DNA of 64,000 nt from NCBI GenBank assembly GCA_030264375.1, contig JASCQW010000072.1, forward strand, positions 65,521,992 through 65,585,991, in the 5' to 3' direction. This document shows positions 36,873 to 49,599 of this stretch, in pieces. Numbering within the stretch: the first letter of the stretch is position 1; each line of letters opens with the position of its first letter. The notes beneath the pieces were generated by a model, which was not told the origin of the DNA, ran no database searches, and saw only the letters and a program-made list of their open reading frames with translations. The translations under genes and the position numbers were made by a program. The stretch is from Carcharhinus longimanus (Eukaryota).

Positions 36873-37566
36873 TTAAAGATGACAATTTGAAAAAGAGAAA
36901 TACTTTGTGAGGAGTTAATATGGTGGCCAGACAGAGAGGATTGTCTATAGTATATTCATGATAGAACTAAGAACATTCTGACACCAAGGATTGAACAACC
37001 ACAGATAGAAATGAAATAGCTCTCATACACATAGCTTTGGGAAACTACACAAATTGGGAAAATATAAGGAGTTCATAAAACTAACACCCTTCAAGGGGGA
37101 CACAAATTCAAAGTGTCAGGGCACAGATTACCCAGTTAAATTAAAATGAAATCTGAAAAGCTCAAACAATTCTCCATATAGATACATTAATCTTCATCTA
37201 GCTGAATATTGCAATTACAGAGCATGATTTAATGAGGTCACTTTCCTGTAAATATCTCCCTCCAATATTCTTTGTATTAAGTTGTTCTTGATTTTTATTA
37301 AACATTACATTTTTCTCTAAAATGAGTTTAATCACTTACAAAATAGTAAGACCTGTTGACCCGAAATTTATTAGGAACTAGATTGAAATGACAATCGTGC
37401 ACATAGATTCAAAGCATTGAGAGAACTTATCTGTCATCTGAATTTAATGACCGATTTGAAGTGTTCAGATGTCAGTATTAATCAATGGTTTACTCAGTTC
37501 CACTGATTCTGAAGTTAAAATAAACACCCTCCTCTTTCCTTCTCCCCTACATACTCTGTGAACAGT

Positions 37567-37693
37567 GGGCAAGATTTTACAGCCTCGTTCACCCTGAAAC
37601 TGTAAAATCCCACCCAAGGTCAACAGAACTTCCCATTGACTGCCCCTCGCCTGCTCTGATTCCCGAGGCGGGTGGGGCGGTAAAATTCTGACC
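37567..37693 (+). mobile_element. ~125-bp Harbinger-type MITE
   Basis: gggcaagattttac ... gtaaaattctgacc; flanks agt/agg. Confidence 0.75.
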
Positions 37694-38319
37694 AGGATGT
37701 TTTGTTTGTATAGTTGCAAGAAACAGTACAGGTGACAAAAATAAATCAAATCAATAAATTACTTTTGCACGACCTATCGTAAAGGTAACAAGAAACAAAA
37801 GACAAGGCCAATGAAAATCTTCATCTAGATTGAATATTAGTCTTCACTGAGTATGTGCTTATTTGATTTTTGACGCCTCCTGACAATTCTGTAATTCTCC
37901 CTTTCAAACCAAAAATAATTTCTCTTGAAGCAGAGGAAGGATCGAAAGGAAACAGGATGAATTGGAGACAACTTAAATACAGAAAAAGGAAAAGAAAGTA
38001 TAAATTAAGAGAGTGAGAGAAGAGGCAAAGAAAAAGAGATATAAGCTTTCCTGTTTTATGGCAGCCAATGCAGTAAAAAATGGAGTGTGGCAAAACTTGA
38101 ATCCACAGGAGCTATACTCTGTTCTGGGGCCTGCGAGGAGTTTTTCGATGCAGGTCTCAAGCAGCTTTAGTGATCAGAAATGTCAGCACAATTTTCAAGG
38201 ACGTGGAGGTATGTATTTATTTCTTCTAATTCCGATGGACTATCTTACTTCGACACCAGACAGGAGTTTCAGCCCATTGTGAAATTAACAGGCTCGGGAG
38301 AAAGTAAGTGTCTAAGGTA

Positions 38320-38877
38320 AGTGACTAGGATTTGGGGGTCGGGGGATTAGTAGTCAGGGGAAAATCGGGTGGGTCGGGGAGATGGGAGTTCAGATCTCGG
38401 AGGGGTCTGAGGGTGAGAGGTGGGGAGTTGGGGACTAAAGGTCAGAAGGTGGGGATGTCAGACGGTGTGGGTGGGGAAGTTGTAATTCAGGGGGACATGG
38501 GTGGGTTGGAGACTCGGGATGGGTGTGTCAGGGGTAAAGATAAGGGTGAGGAAGTTGTTGGTGGGGAGGTGGGAAGGCTTGGGAAGTGTAACGGTCAGAA
38601 ATGGAGTGGTGTGGGTGTCAGCATGGGTGGCGGCGGGAGTTAGAGATAAGGATTTGGAGAGGTGGGAGTTGGGAGGTGGGGAATGAGTATGTCAAGCTTC
38701 AGGAATGGGGTGATGGATATTTGTAGCTCAGAGTTGGGTGAGTTGAAGGTTGGGGTGGGTGTGTAGGGGCTGGAGGANNNNNNNNNNNNNNNNNNNNNNN
38801 NNNNNNNNNNNNNNNNNNNNNNNNNNNNNNNNNNNNNNNNNNNNNNNNNNNNNNNNNNNNNNNNNNNNNNNNNNNNN

Positions 38878-38928
<51 letters not shown>

Positions 38929-39200
38929 CCCCCCCCCGCCCCCCGGGCCGGCAAAAGGGGTTGGCAATGGATTGGGGAGGAGGGTGGTGATGCCTGTGGA
39001 GATGACAGAGGGTGGGTTATGGCGATGGTTTTGAAGGGGGTGTGGGGGATGATTGTGTTGAGGTTGGAGGGGCCATAAGCCAGGGTGTTGGGGGTGAGAG
39101 GTTGGAGCGCAAAAGGGGTCGGGTTGGTTCCCCAGTTCTGCAGGGGATTCAGAGCTTGGGATGGATTCAGAGGTCATGGGTGGTAATTGTGACGAGCCTG
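38320..39200 (+). repeat. G-rich low-complexity tract, probably the core of a non-autonomous DNA element
   Basis: Dense GGG runs similar to the MITE cores. Confidence 0.55.
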
Positions 39201-40016
39201 CAGTTCCAACTTCTATAGCAGGGAGTATGGGCTGGCTTAGAAGTTGGGCCTGCTCACTCCCAAAAGAGTGTGGAGCTGTCAGGTGTGGAGGTAGTTGGGT
39301 GCAGAGATGGCTGGATGGAAAGCCTTCCTCTAATGTTGACATATGCACCCACCCACTGTTCTTTGCCTATCCATTCATGCCAATTTAACTCACATCCACC
39401 ATGGTAAAATCTCAGGAGCCTTGCTGACATAAAATAATGTGCCATTATGTCACTATTTTAGATTTAAAAACTCATTAATAAAGGTTCATTCAGTACTGGA
39501 ATTTCCTTCAACTAACCTCTTATGAAAACTAATGTTATTCTATAATTATTCTATAATTATTTGGAGCTGTCAATCAACCTGCTCACTTTTCAAGCACTGC
39601 ACTCTGATAATGTTAGTTTGTAAGATCAAATTTTGTAGCAGAAATCATATAATGATAAACCATAGGCTTGTATCAATGGACAGAATGAAATATCAAACAC
39701 CCTTTTTTAAGCTACAGACCTTTTAAATTGATGCTGAACTGAGTTAAATCCATTTGCAGCTTTGACAGTTCAAATTAGCTTTGACAGTTCATTGACAGTT
39801 TTGATAACTTCACATTGTTTGACAGCTTTGACTATTCCAATGCATTCATGCGTTTTTTATGCACAGTCATGTTTTCAATGCCAAAGGGTATCTTAACTCT
39901 CCCAGAGGGTGCCTTGTTTCTCCCAAATGTGTCTCAGGACCATGGAGGGTATCCTGGCTTTTGAAACCAATCCACAAAGTCCAAACCAGCTTTTACTGGT
40001 CTAATTTACATACATC

Positions 40017-40142
40017 GATCGGGATTTTATGATCTTGCTTGGGTGAGGTTCGTAAAATCCTGCCCAAGGCCAATGGAGAATTCTGTTCTGCGAGCCTTGC
40101 CTGCCCTGATTCCGGGGCGGGCAAGGTGGTAAAATTCCGGCC
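40017..40142 (+). mobile_element. ~125-bp Harbinger-type MITE with 3-bp TSD
   Basis: atc|gatcgggattttatg ... gtaaaattccggcc|atc. Confidence 0.8.
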
Positions 40143-40409
40143 ATCAAATTTCGCAATTCTGGCCTTTCCAAATCCCACTTCAATTGAAACTGCTGGTGAT
40201 TTAAATGACCAACTACGTCTATAAATGTGCACAAACACGCCAACTGTCTCCATCATGGTAAAAATTGGGCCACTGTTTGAGTGCTGCAATGGAAACTCAG
40301 ACTGCTGTCATACAACTTCAAACTATTGTCATGCATTCTGCTCACAGCTATGGGAGCTCAGATTGGTGCTTCATTTCTCGAGCAAGCAGTTCTCTCAACA
40401 CATCCTGTC

Positions 40410-40595
40410 TTGAAAATATATCACCCCTCCTTTACTGTTTCTGGATCAAAATCCTGGAACTCCCTCCCTATGAGTATATCTACACTATATGGACTGCAGC
40501 AGTTCAAGAGGCAGCTCACCATCACCTTCGCAAAGGTAAGTGAGGATGAGTAATAAATGCTGGCCTAGCCCATATTCTGTCAAAGAAAAAAAAAT
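40410..40595 (+). mobile_element. Zenon-like CR1 3' tail
   Basis: ggactgcagcagttcaagaggcagctcaccatcacc...aataaatgctggcctagcc plus A-tail. Confidence 0.7.
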
Positions 40596-41039
40596 CTGCT
40601 CTCTAAAGACCCTTTGAAGATGAGCCTTCCCACTGTCAGCCCCTGTATAAACTCTCTTTGTCCTCTCCTTCTAGCAGTCCTGTTTTCCCTGGCATCAGCT
40701 CATTCTCCCAGTCATGCTTAACGCTGAGAGAAAGCTTCACCAGGCCATGTCTCAATGCAACTGATTTATGCATAAGCCTTTAAGTCATCATAAAAATACC
40801 TCAGTTGTTGCCAGATCACTTCTGATATACTATTGAAACTATTAACAAGTGCAAACAACACTCAAAGTATACTGTGTTTTAGCAACAGCTAGAAGTATCA
40901 ATTCAGTAATTAACCTGTAACCAAATTACCCCTTTAAATGCGCCAATGAGGGACCTTTCGTGCCATTGAAGATGTGATCCACTGTGAGCTGAGCTCTAAA
41001 ATGGCAGCACTGGTATCAAAGCAATCCCATGGCTTGGAG

Positions 41040-41700
41040 TGGTCCTAGTACTGACAACTTGGGAACCCCATGGTAACCCTTTGTCTCTCACAAAAAACAA
41101 TCATTAACTGCTACTCTGTTTCATATCAGACAGCCATATACATATTGCTCTAGTCCCTCCTGGTCCACGGACTTCAACTTTATTGGCAAGCCTATTGTGT
41201 GGCATTTTATCAAAGATCTTTTTGGAGTCCATATAGACCACATCAACCCCATACCTTCATCAACCCTCTCTATTAACTGATCAAAATGCCCAAGGACATT
41301 GGTTAAATAGGACTTGATTTTAACAAATCCATACTGACTTTTTTTAATTTAGCCACATTTGTCTAAATGACAACCATGTTCTGGATTATCATTTCCAAAT
41401 GTTTTCCCACCTCTAACGTAAAACTGACTGACCAACAGTTCCTGGGTTTATTCTTACAACATTTTTTGAATAAGAGTGTAACATTTACAATGCTCCAACA
41501 CTCTGACATCCCCAACCTATTCTATACCTAAATACGATTGCAGTATTACATCAGTGCCTTTCTAATTCCCACCCTTACTTCTCTCAGCATTCTCAGATAC
41601 ATCCTATCTGGCCCTGGTGTGTAACAACTTTGAGAGCCATCTCTAATACCTATTCTTTTTTAATTTTTAGCCAACACACTACTTCAACTATTTCCTCCTT
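41040..41700 (-). mobile_element. Old CR1 ORF2 fragment
   Basis: Reverse strand VDVVYMDSK..FDKMPHNRL. Confidence 0.75.
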
Positions 41701-41924
41701 TCCTGCTAAGACCACTCAGCGGTCTCTCTGTAGTATTCACCCAATCATCTCCAGGTTTGTGATGGCATGCTTCATTTTACATCATAGTAGACTCTTCACT
41801 ATTTGAACATTGCTGGCTGGGCCAACCTTAAATGCCCTTCCCTAACTGCCCTTCATATAGAGGGCATTTGAGATATTGTTATGGATCTGGACTCATATGT
41901 AGGCAAGAACAAGTGAGAATCATT

Positions 41925-43555
41925 AAACCATAAGATAAAGAAGCAAATTTAGACCATTTGACCCATCAAGTCTGCTCCACCATTCAATCATGGCTGATAC
42001 GTTTTCCAACCCCATTACCCTGCCTTTTCCACTTAACCTTTGATCCCTTGCCAATCAAGAACCTATTTATCTCTGTCTTAAGTGCACTCAATAACTTGGC
42101 AGCCAGAGCCTTCTATAGCAATGAATGCCACAGATTCACCACCCTCTGGCTGAAGAAATTCCTTCTCACCTCGATTCTAAAGGGTTGTCCNNNNNNNNNN
42201 NNNNNNNNNNNNNNNNNNNNNNNNNNNNNNNNNNNNNNNNNNNNNNNNNNNNNNNNNNNNNNNNNNNNNNNNNNNNNNNNNNNNNNNNNNACCCTCTGGC
42301 TGAAGAAATTCCTTCTCACCTCGATTCTAAAGGGTTGTCCTTTTATTCTGAGGCTGTGCACTCACATCCTAAATTCTACTACATCTTCTCCACATCCACT
42401 TTATCCAGGGCTTTCATTATTCTGTAAGTATCAATGAGATGCCCCCTCATCCTTCTAAACTCCATCGAGTACAGACCAAGAGTCCTCAAATGTTCCTCAT
42501 ATGCCAAGATTTTCATTCCTGGGATAATTTTTGTGAACCTCCTCTGGACCCTCTCCAGAATCAACGCATACTTCCTTCAATATGGGGCCTAAAATTGCTC
42601 ATAATATTCCAGATGTGTTCTGACCAGAGCCTTATAAACCCTCAGCAGTACACCCTGCCTTTGTATTCTAGTCCTCTTGAAATGAGTGCGAGCATTGCAT
42701 TTGCTTTCTTACCTAGCAAATCAGCCTGCAAGTTAACCTTAAGATAATCCTGAACTAGGATTCCCAAGTCCATTTGTGCTCCCAATTTCTGAATCCTGTC
42801 TGCATTTAGCAAATAGTCTACACCTCTATTTTTCCTACCAAAGTGCATAGCCTCACATTTTCCCATGTTGTATTCCATTTGCCACTTCTTTGCCCAATCT
42901 GCTAACCTGTCTAAGTCCTTTTGCAGCCTCCTAGCCTCCTCAATACTACCTGTCCCTCTACCCATCTTTATATCATCTGCAAACGTAGCCACAGTGCCCT
43001 CAGTTCCTTCATCCAGATCTTGATGTATAAAGTGAAAAGTTGTGGTCCCGACATTGACCTGCTACCATCCTTTAAAGTATGCCTTTATTCCCACCCTCTG
43101 CCAGTCTTCTATCCATGCTTGTATCTTGCCTCTAACATCATGGGCTCTTATGTCCCACAGCAGCCTCATGTGTGGCACCTTGTCAAAAGCCTTCTGGAAA
43201 TCCAAGTAAANNNNNNNNNNNNNNNNNNNNNNNNNNNNNNNNNNNNNNNNNNNNNNNNNNNNNNNNNNNNNNNNNNNNNNNNNNNNNNNNNNNNNNNNNN
43301 NNNNNNNNNNNNNNNNNNNNNNNNNNNNNNNNNNNNNNNNNNNNNNNNNNNNNNNNNNNNNNNNNNNNNNNNCTAAAATCTTCCCAACAAGCAAGAGCAG
43401 GATAACCAACCTGTAATTTCCAATCTTTTGCCTCCCTCTCTTCTTAAACAAGATTGTTACATTAGTCTTTTTCCTGTCCTCCTGCCCTGATCCCAGTGAT
43501 TCCTGAAAGATCACCACTAATGCCTCCAAAGCCTCTTCAGTTATTTCCTTCAGGA
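41925..43555 (-). mobile_element. CR1 LINE RT and 3' end
   Basis: YLDFQKAFDKVPH; ATFADDIKMG (YADD-equivalent); LQKDLDRLADWAKKWQMEYN; LERVQRRFTK. Confidence 0.95.
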
Positions 43556-43725
43556 TGACCGATTTCCTTCTCTAAAGCACTTTAGAGCTTTTATGACAAT
43601 TGAATATGGTTTCATGGTCATAGGCTTTTAGTTCCAGAATTTACTGAATTTGAATTTCAGCATCTGTCATGGTGGGATTCGAACTGAGTCTCTCGATCTT
43701 GCTCTGGCCCATTGGATTACTACTC
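43552..43725 (-). mobile_element. Old tRNA-SINE fragment, possibly Deu-domain type
   Basis: Reverse strand gttcgaatcccaccatgacagatgctgaaattcaaattc (B box) and ctttagagaaggaaatc. Confidence 0.45.
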
Positions 43726-43831
43726 TGTTTTATTAGAGTTAATCCTTTCTAGCTACAATTGCAAGAAGTTTTGCTGAGACAATACTGGAATACTGTGTGC
43801 AGTTTTGGTCTCCATATTGAAGAAAGGATAT

Positions 43832-44780
43832 GCCTTAATGACTATTGCCCGATTGCTCGGACACTCATCATTATGAAAGGTTAGCCATGGCACAAATCAA
43901 TTCTGGCCTCCCAGGTTGCTTGGATCCACTACAGTTCGCCTATCACCACAACAGGTTCACAGCAGTCGCCATCTCTCTGGTCCTACACTCAACAATGGAA
44001 CACTTAGATAACAAAGCCACTTATATCAGACTCCGATTTATTGACTACAACTCAGCCTTCAACACCATTATTCCTACAAAATAATTTCTCCAAATTCACT
44101 GGCTTAGGGCTTGGCTCTGCAACTTCCAATCCCACAGACTGCAATTAGTAAGGATAGGCAACGACACCTCCTCCAAGATTATCCTCAACACAGGTGCCCC
44201 GCAAGGCTGTGTCCCTAGCCTCTTACTTTACTGTTTATATACTGATGACCGTGTGGCCAAATTTCCACTCCAACTCAATTTTCAGATTTGTTGATGACAC
44301 CACTGTAGTGGGTCGGATCTCAAACAAAGCATCCTTTCAGGATGTATCACAGATTGGTACGACTCCTGTTCTGACCAAGACCACAAGAAACTATAAAAAG
44401 TTGTGAATGTAGCCAGTCCATCATACAAACCAGCCTCCATCCACTGATTTTGTCTACACTTTGTGCTGCCTTGGAAAAGCAACCAGCATAATCAAGGACC
44501 CCATGCACCCCGGACATATTCTGTTCCATTGTCTTCCATTAGGAAAAAGATACAAAATTCTGAGATCATGTACCAACCGACTCAAGAACAACTTCTTCCC
44601 TGCTGCCATCGGACTTTTGAATGGACCTAACTTATATTAAATTGATCTTTCTCTACACTACATTATATGCCCTCTCCTTTCCTTCTGTTTGTACGGTATG
44701 CTTTGTCTGTATAGCGCGCGAGGAACAATACTTTTCACTGCATTCCAATACATGTAACAATAATAAATCAAATTGAATCA
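43832..44780 (+). mobile_element. Rex1/Babar LINE, RT to 3' end with internal deletion
   Basis: LDPLQFAYHHNRFTAVAISLVLHSTMEHLDNKATYIRLRFIDYNSAFNTIIP; FRFVDDTTVVG. Confidence 0.95.
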
Positions 44781-47119
44781 AAAAAGAATATACTTGTCTT
44801 GGTGATGGTATAGTAAATGGTTCTAAATAAGTTCCTAGGATGGGAGGCTTGTCCTATGGTGATTGTCCAATTGTCCATTTGTTCGATCTCTGGAGTTTAG
44901 AAGATTTCAAGGTGATTACATTGAAAAGACTAGAGTTCGAAGGGGCTTGGCAGGGACGATACTAAGAGGTTGGGTGGAAGTTTCCCAAAAGAAATGAGAG
45001 TATCACATTAGGTGAGAAAAGTGGTATGATTCATACCAGCACCAACGGTGAGATCCGGATTGTGATCTTCAGCCACTTAGTCATAATACTTTTTCCTTCA
45101 CATGCTTGAGTCACCAGACATCTGATTTACCTGATCTGGGGGTCAGCTGAACAGTGGAATCAAGAAAGTGCTGCATTTAAATGGATCCTTATCACTCACT
45201 TTTATTCATATCCTCACAAGTGAGAATTTACTGCACCTTCATCCAGATGACCTGTCTCAAGTGAATTGTTAAATGCCCAAATCTTTGTCTTGCCATTTAT
45301 TAAAACCATGCCCCTTGCCTTGGAGGGTCAACATTCAATGAGGCCAGGCCATCCACCATCAGAGGTCCTCTTTCAACCCTCGACAGCTCCTCAGAGGAAA
45401 CCTTCGAGGAAGATGCTGCATTCACACCATCCAACATCGCAGAAACAAGCACTTCACTTAGCAGACAGGCTTCTGGATCACTATCTGAAGAGTAGTACAC
45501 TGGCTCTGATGCACATCAGGTGGAGGCAGGAACATACCACAGATCAGGCAGTCGGAGGTCTGCTGGATCCCAGAATCCAGCTATGCCCCAGCCAGGTGAT
45601 GTTCCTCTGGACAAGTTCCTCCCTCAGCTGCTTGAGATGCAAAGGGAGAGCCAGGAACAGCAAGAGGGTTTGTCAGCTACATTCCTGTGACTGCGAGATT
45701 GATTGGAGGAGTCCCAAAGCTGCAGGAGGTGTTGCCAGTGCTGCATGGCATGCAGGGCAATGCTGAAGGGTGATGACTGCAGTGGAAAGCCCAGGGCCAG
45801 ACAGCAGAGCCATGACTGGTGAACTTCAAGGCTTGGCTCAGTCTCTTGGACCAAGGCTGAGGGCCTCAAGAAAATGGTCCAGATATAGACGTCCATGCTA
45901 AGGGGTTCCAGAACTTGGCCCAAACACAGACATCCATTGCTGAGGCCTTTGACACCATGCTATAGACAATGGCAGGCCTCTCGGACTGACAGAGCCAAGT
46001 GATGTTGAGACTTTGGGAGCTCATGCCAATTTCCNNNNNNNNNNNNNNNNNNNNNNNNNNNNNNNNNNNNNNNNNNNNNNNNNNNNNNNNNNNNNNNNNN
46101 NNNNNNNNNNNNNNNNNNNNNNNNNNNNNNNNNNACTTTGGGAGCTCATGCCAATTTCCCCTCTACCTCATGGAGTCACCCAGGGGCCCATGCGCACCCC
46201 AAGAGAGGAGGAAGTGCTGGAGCCCTTCATGGTGCCTTCCACCAGCGAGAGGCTGGCAGTCTCTAACCCTTCTGAATTTCCCCTTCCTGAACATGGCGCA
46301 TCTCAGGGGCAGCAGGGTGGATGCGGCAACACCAGTGATACCCAAAAATTGACTAGGTCCCTTCAGGTTCAGGCCCAGCAGAGGATGCCCTCCAGGGGCA
46401 TCTCAAGCTACAGTGCACAGAAGACAGCAGGCTATCTCCACTACCTCCATATGTATCCTGGGAACACATTAAAATGTATTGCTAGGCCTTTAGGATTAAA
46501 GAATTCTAGGTGCTGAGTGGGCATGGGTGAAGTAAGGCAGCAGTTGTTAGGGTTTAATTGATGCTTTACTGTCACTGCTCAGATTAAATCAAATTAATTT
46601 GCTCTTCAAAGCCTTATTGCTTCTGTATTTCACCCTTAACCCACATGGGAAGGTCCTGTCTATATCTAAACTCAACTCCTCTGACAGATCTCCAAGAAAT
46701 GTCAACAGTGAGGCCCAATGAAACCCACAGTGCCAGAAATCCTGGAATGGCTGCATCATTAGTCTTGAACCCTTCACCTTGCCACATTTCCCTCCTAGGA
46801 GCTGTGGGACAAAAGAATGTGCCCCCAATCCTCACTCAGCCACAAGCTCTGGAGCCAGTGAACAGTCAGCAGACAGACAGGAGTCAGATATTAGCAGAAC
46901 CTAAGAAGCACCAGGACCTTCCTCGCAGCGAGTTATCATCAGCTTCCTGCCTTGACAAGTGACTCAAGCACAAGGACAACCAGACTCAGTCTCCTGTCCA
47001 GATGGTAATGAACCCTTCGAGAAGACTGAAGGGAGGCACAAAGGTTTGGTGGGATGGGCATGAGATTTAGTGGTGAGGGGAATCACAAAGCTTTGGTAAT
47101 TGGGGGCATGGATGTTTGG

Positions 47120-47365
47120 ATAAGAACATAAGAACATAAGAAATAGGAGCAGGAGTAGGCCATCTGGCCCTTCGAGCCTGCCCCGCCATTCNNNNNNNNN
47201 NNNNNNNNNNNNNNNNNNNNNNNNNNNNNNNNNNNNNNNNNNNNNNNNNNNNNNNNNNNNNNNNNNNNNNNNNNNNNNNNNNNNNNNNNNNTGCACCTGC
47301 AAGCTGGGTTTTTGTGACTCATGCACAAGGACCCCGAGGTCCCTCTGCACCGTCGCCTGCTGCAG
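47120..47365 (-). mobile_element. CR1 fragment inserted in the Harbinger
   Basis: (taagaaca)n tail; VQRDLGVLVHESQK. Confidence 0.85.
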
Positions 47366-47399
47366 TTTATTGTAAAGATATTGCAGGATATTGTAAAGC

Positions 47400-48560
47400 T
47401 GCCAGACAAGAAGCTTTCCACTGGGAGAACTTGGAAGCAATGAGGCATCCCTAATCCACTGCCCACTGTCAATGCTTTTTCCACCTTGGGCTCTTCCTCC
47501 CCTCCCTCCTGGACCTTCTCCTCAACAGGGGAAGCAGTCCATTCCTCCTCATCCTCCTCCAGCATATTTCCCCATTGCTGCATCAAGTTGTGGAAGGTAC
47601 GGCAGACCATGACAATGCAGGATACCACTGGGGTGCCTGTACTGAAATGTCCCACCAGATCAGCCGAGGCAGTGGAAGCACATCTTCAGAAACCCAATGC
47701 ATTGTTTTTTAACTGACCGGGTGGCACTGTGAGTCTCATTATAATGAGACTCCACAGTGGTCTTGGGCCTCCACACTAGTGACCTCAGCAGGCACCCTTT
47801 GTCCCTTATAAGCCATTCTGGCAGCCTTGGGTGATCTTCAAAGACCCTGGGGATCTGCGATTATCCCACGATGAAGCTGTCATGAATACTCCCAGGAAAT
47901 ATGCACAGATATGCATTATGTTTACAGATGAGCTGCACATTTAGGGAATGGAACCACTTGTCATGGATAAAGGGGAATCACTGATGCCATGGCTCTCTTA
48001 TCACCACATGTGCCCCATTGATGACACCCTGGGTCAGTGGCTGTCCAGTGATGGAAACGAATCCCACAGCACTGTCATCCTGAAGGGCCTGATGGAGGTT
48101 AAAGTTGATGCAATCAGATGCCTGGGCAAACAGAGCATTTGTGACCTGGCAGATGCACTTTTAGGCTGAAAAGCTGTGATATTGCACAGAAGTCACCAGT
48201 TGAGCCCTGCAACGCTGGTCAAAAAATAGCTCAGGGTTGCCATGACCTTCATGGCCACAAGGTACCTTCCCCCTTCATAAAGAGTGAGGTTTGCTAAGAT
48301 ATGAAACTGATGAGGTTGAGGTTGAGGTTGAGTCTCCTGCAGCACATGGGGGCGACTAGCTCCAGGAAGAACATGAGGGTCCTGTAAACCCTAGGGCTCA
48401 TCCTCTGATGCCTTTGAGCCCCCCTTTCTGCCTGATGGGTGGTGACCCCTTAAGCCCCCTGTCCTTCTGCTGCTGCATCCTCCCTGGGTTGAGCTTCTCT
48501 GAGTCCCTGGAATCTGATCTTTTCCAGCGCTGTAATGAGAATGATTGCCAGACCCATTGC
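47400..48560 (-). pseudogene. Harbinger transposase remnant
   Basis: Minus strand 'FHSLNVQLIC', 'YFLGVFMT' region, SCIVMVCRTFHNL followed by EEDEEE. Confidence 0.85.
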
Positions 48561-49599
48561 CTCCATCCTGACACAAATCATTAATCTGGAAGGGATGAGA
48601 GAGAGGGAGAGAAAGACAATTAGTTGGCTGATCCATCCCATCACCCCAAACCTTTCCAACACCCTATGTCCTCCTGTTTCTGGAAGCTGACAATACTACA
48701 CTGATTCTGGCAGCTACCGCTATTACCAATCTCTTCTACCCATCGCACATCATTGCTTGACCAGTCATGGTCATTACTGTTGCACTCATTGCTTGGATCT
48801 GGTTGCTCCCTCCCTTTGTATCAGCAGCCTTTTTATTTACCTTGGGTTGTGGAGTGCTATGAGAAAAGGCAGGCTGAGGAATAGCACTGGGCTGTGAAGG
48901 GATTTTAAAACAGACACAGTACAGGCTTCAGGGCAATACGTATTAACTGTGACCCCCATCTTTGGAGAGACACCCGACCTATTCCTTCAGCCGCAGCAGA
49001 ATCTCGAGCACACTTGAGTGACACCCCCTCCCTCCCCCTACAGTTGGCCAGTGGATTGATACCCATTGTGCACCATGGCACAAGCACAAACTGGAGGTAT
49101 TGACTTCCTTCCTCTCTCTCAGGGTTCATGGTGCCTGGCCCACATTATTTAAAAGCAGCAATGATTCGCACCCGTATGGCATCATGCTAGTGGATAGCAA
49201 GATTCAATGAGGTTGGAACATTAGACTTTAATGTTGCTAATGACATTCAAATGGTTTGAAATACATTCAAATCAGAAGGGCATGAACCTGACCACATTGC
49301 AGGAAGGCCTGGAAAGATTCGGAGAACCTTCTGGCGCAAATCCCATTTTTGTTCTCTTGCAAGATTTAGCAGCCATAATAGGATTTGCACCCGCAGCAAG
49401 AAGGCTCTGAAGATTGCGGCTGTTGTTTCTCTTGGCTGGGGAATGTACAACTGGGAGCACAATCACAGGATAAGAAACTGATCAATTAGAACTGAGATGA
49501 GGAGAAATTTCTTTATTCAAATAGCTGTGAACCATTGGAATTCTCTACATGAGATGGTCCATCACTGAATATATTTAAATTTGAAATAAACAGACTTTT

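Larger units (their letters stand above)
44972..49421. mobile_element. Full-span two-gene PIF/Harbinger transposon with GTT TSD
   Basis: gtt|gggtggaagtttccc ... tgaagattgcggct|gtt; removing it restores continuous CR1 sequence; partner-gene remnant on + (~45300-46510), transposase on - (~47400-48560). Confidence 0.85.

Noticed and set aside
37465-37508. Possible terminal exon ESVELSKPLINTDI*
   Set aside because: Too short to distinguish from chance, with no supported upstream exon
38878-38945. Long poly-C run giving poly-Pro/poly-Gly ORFs
   Set aside because: It abuts an N gap and opposes the local G-rich strand bias, so it is most likely a sequencing or gap-fill artefact
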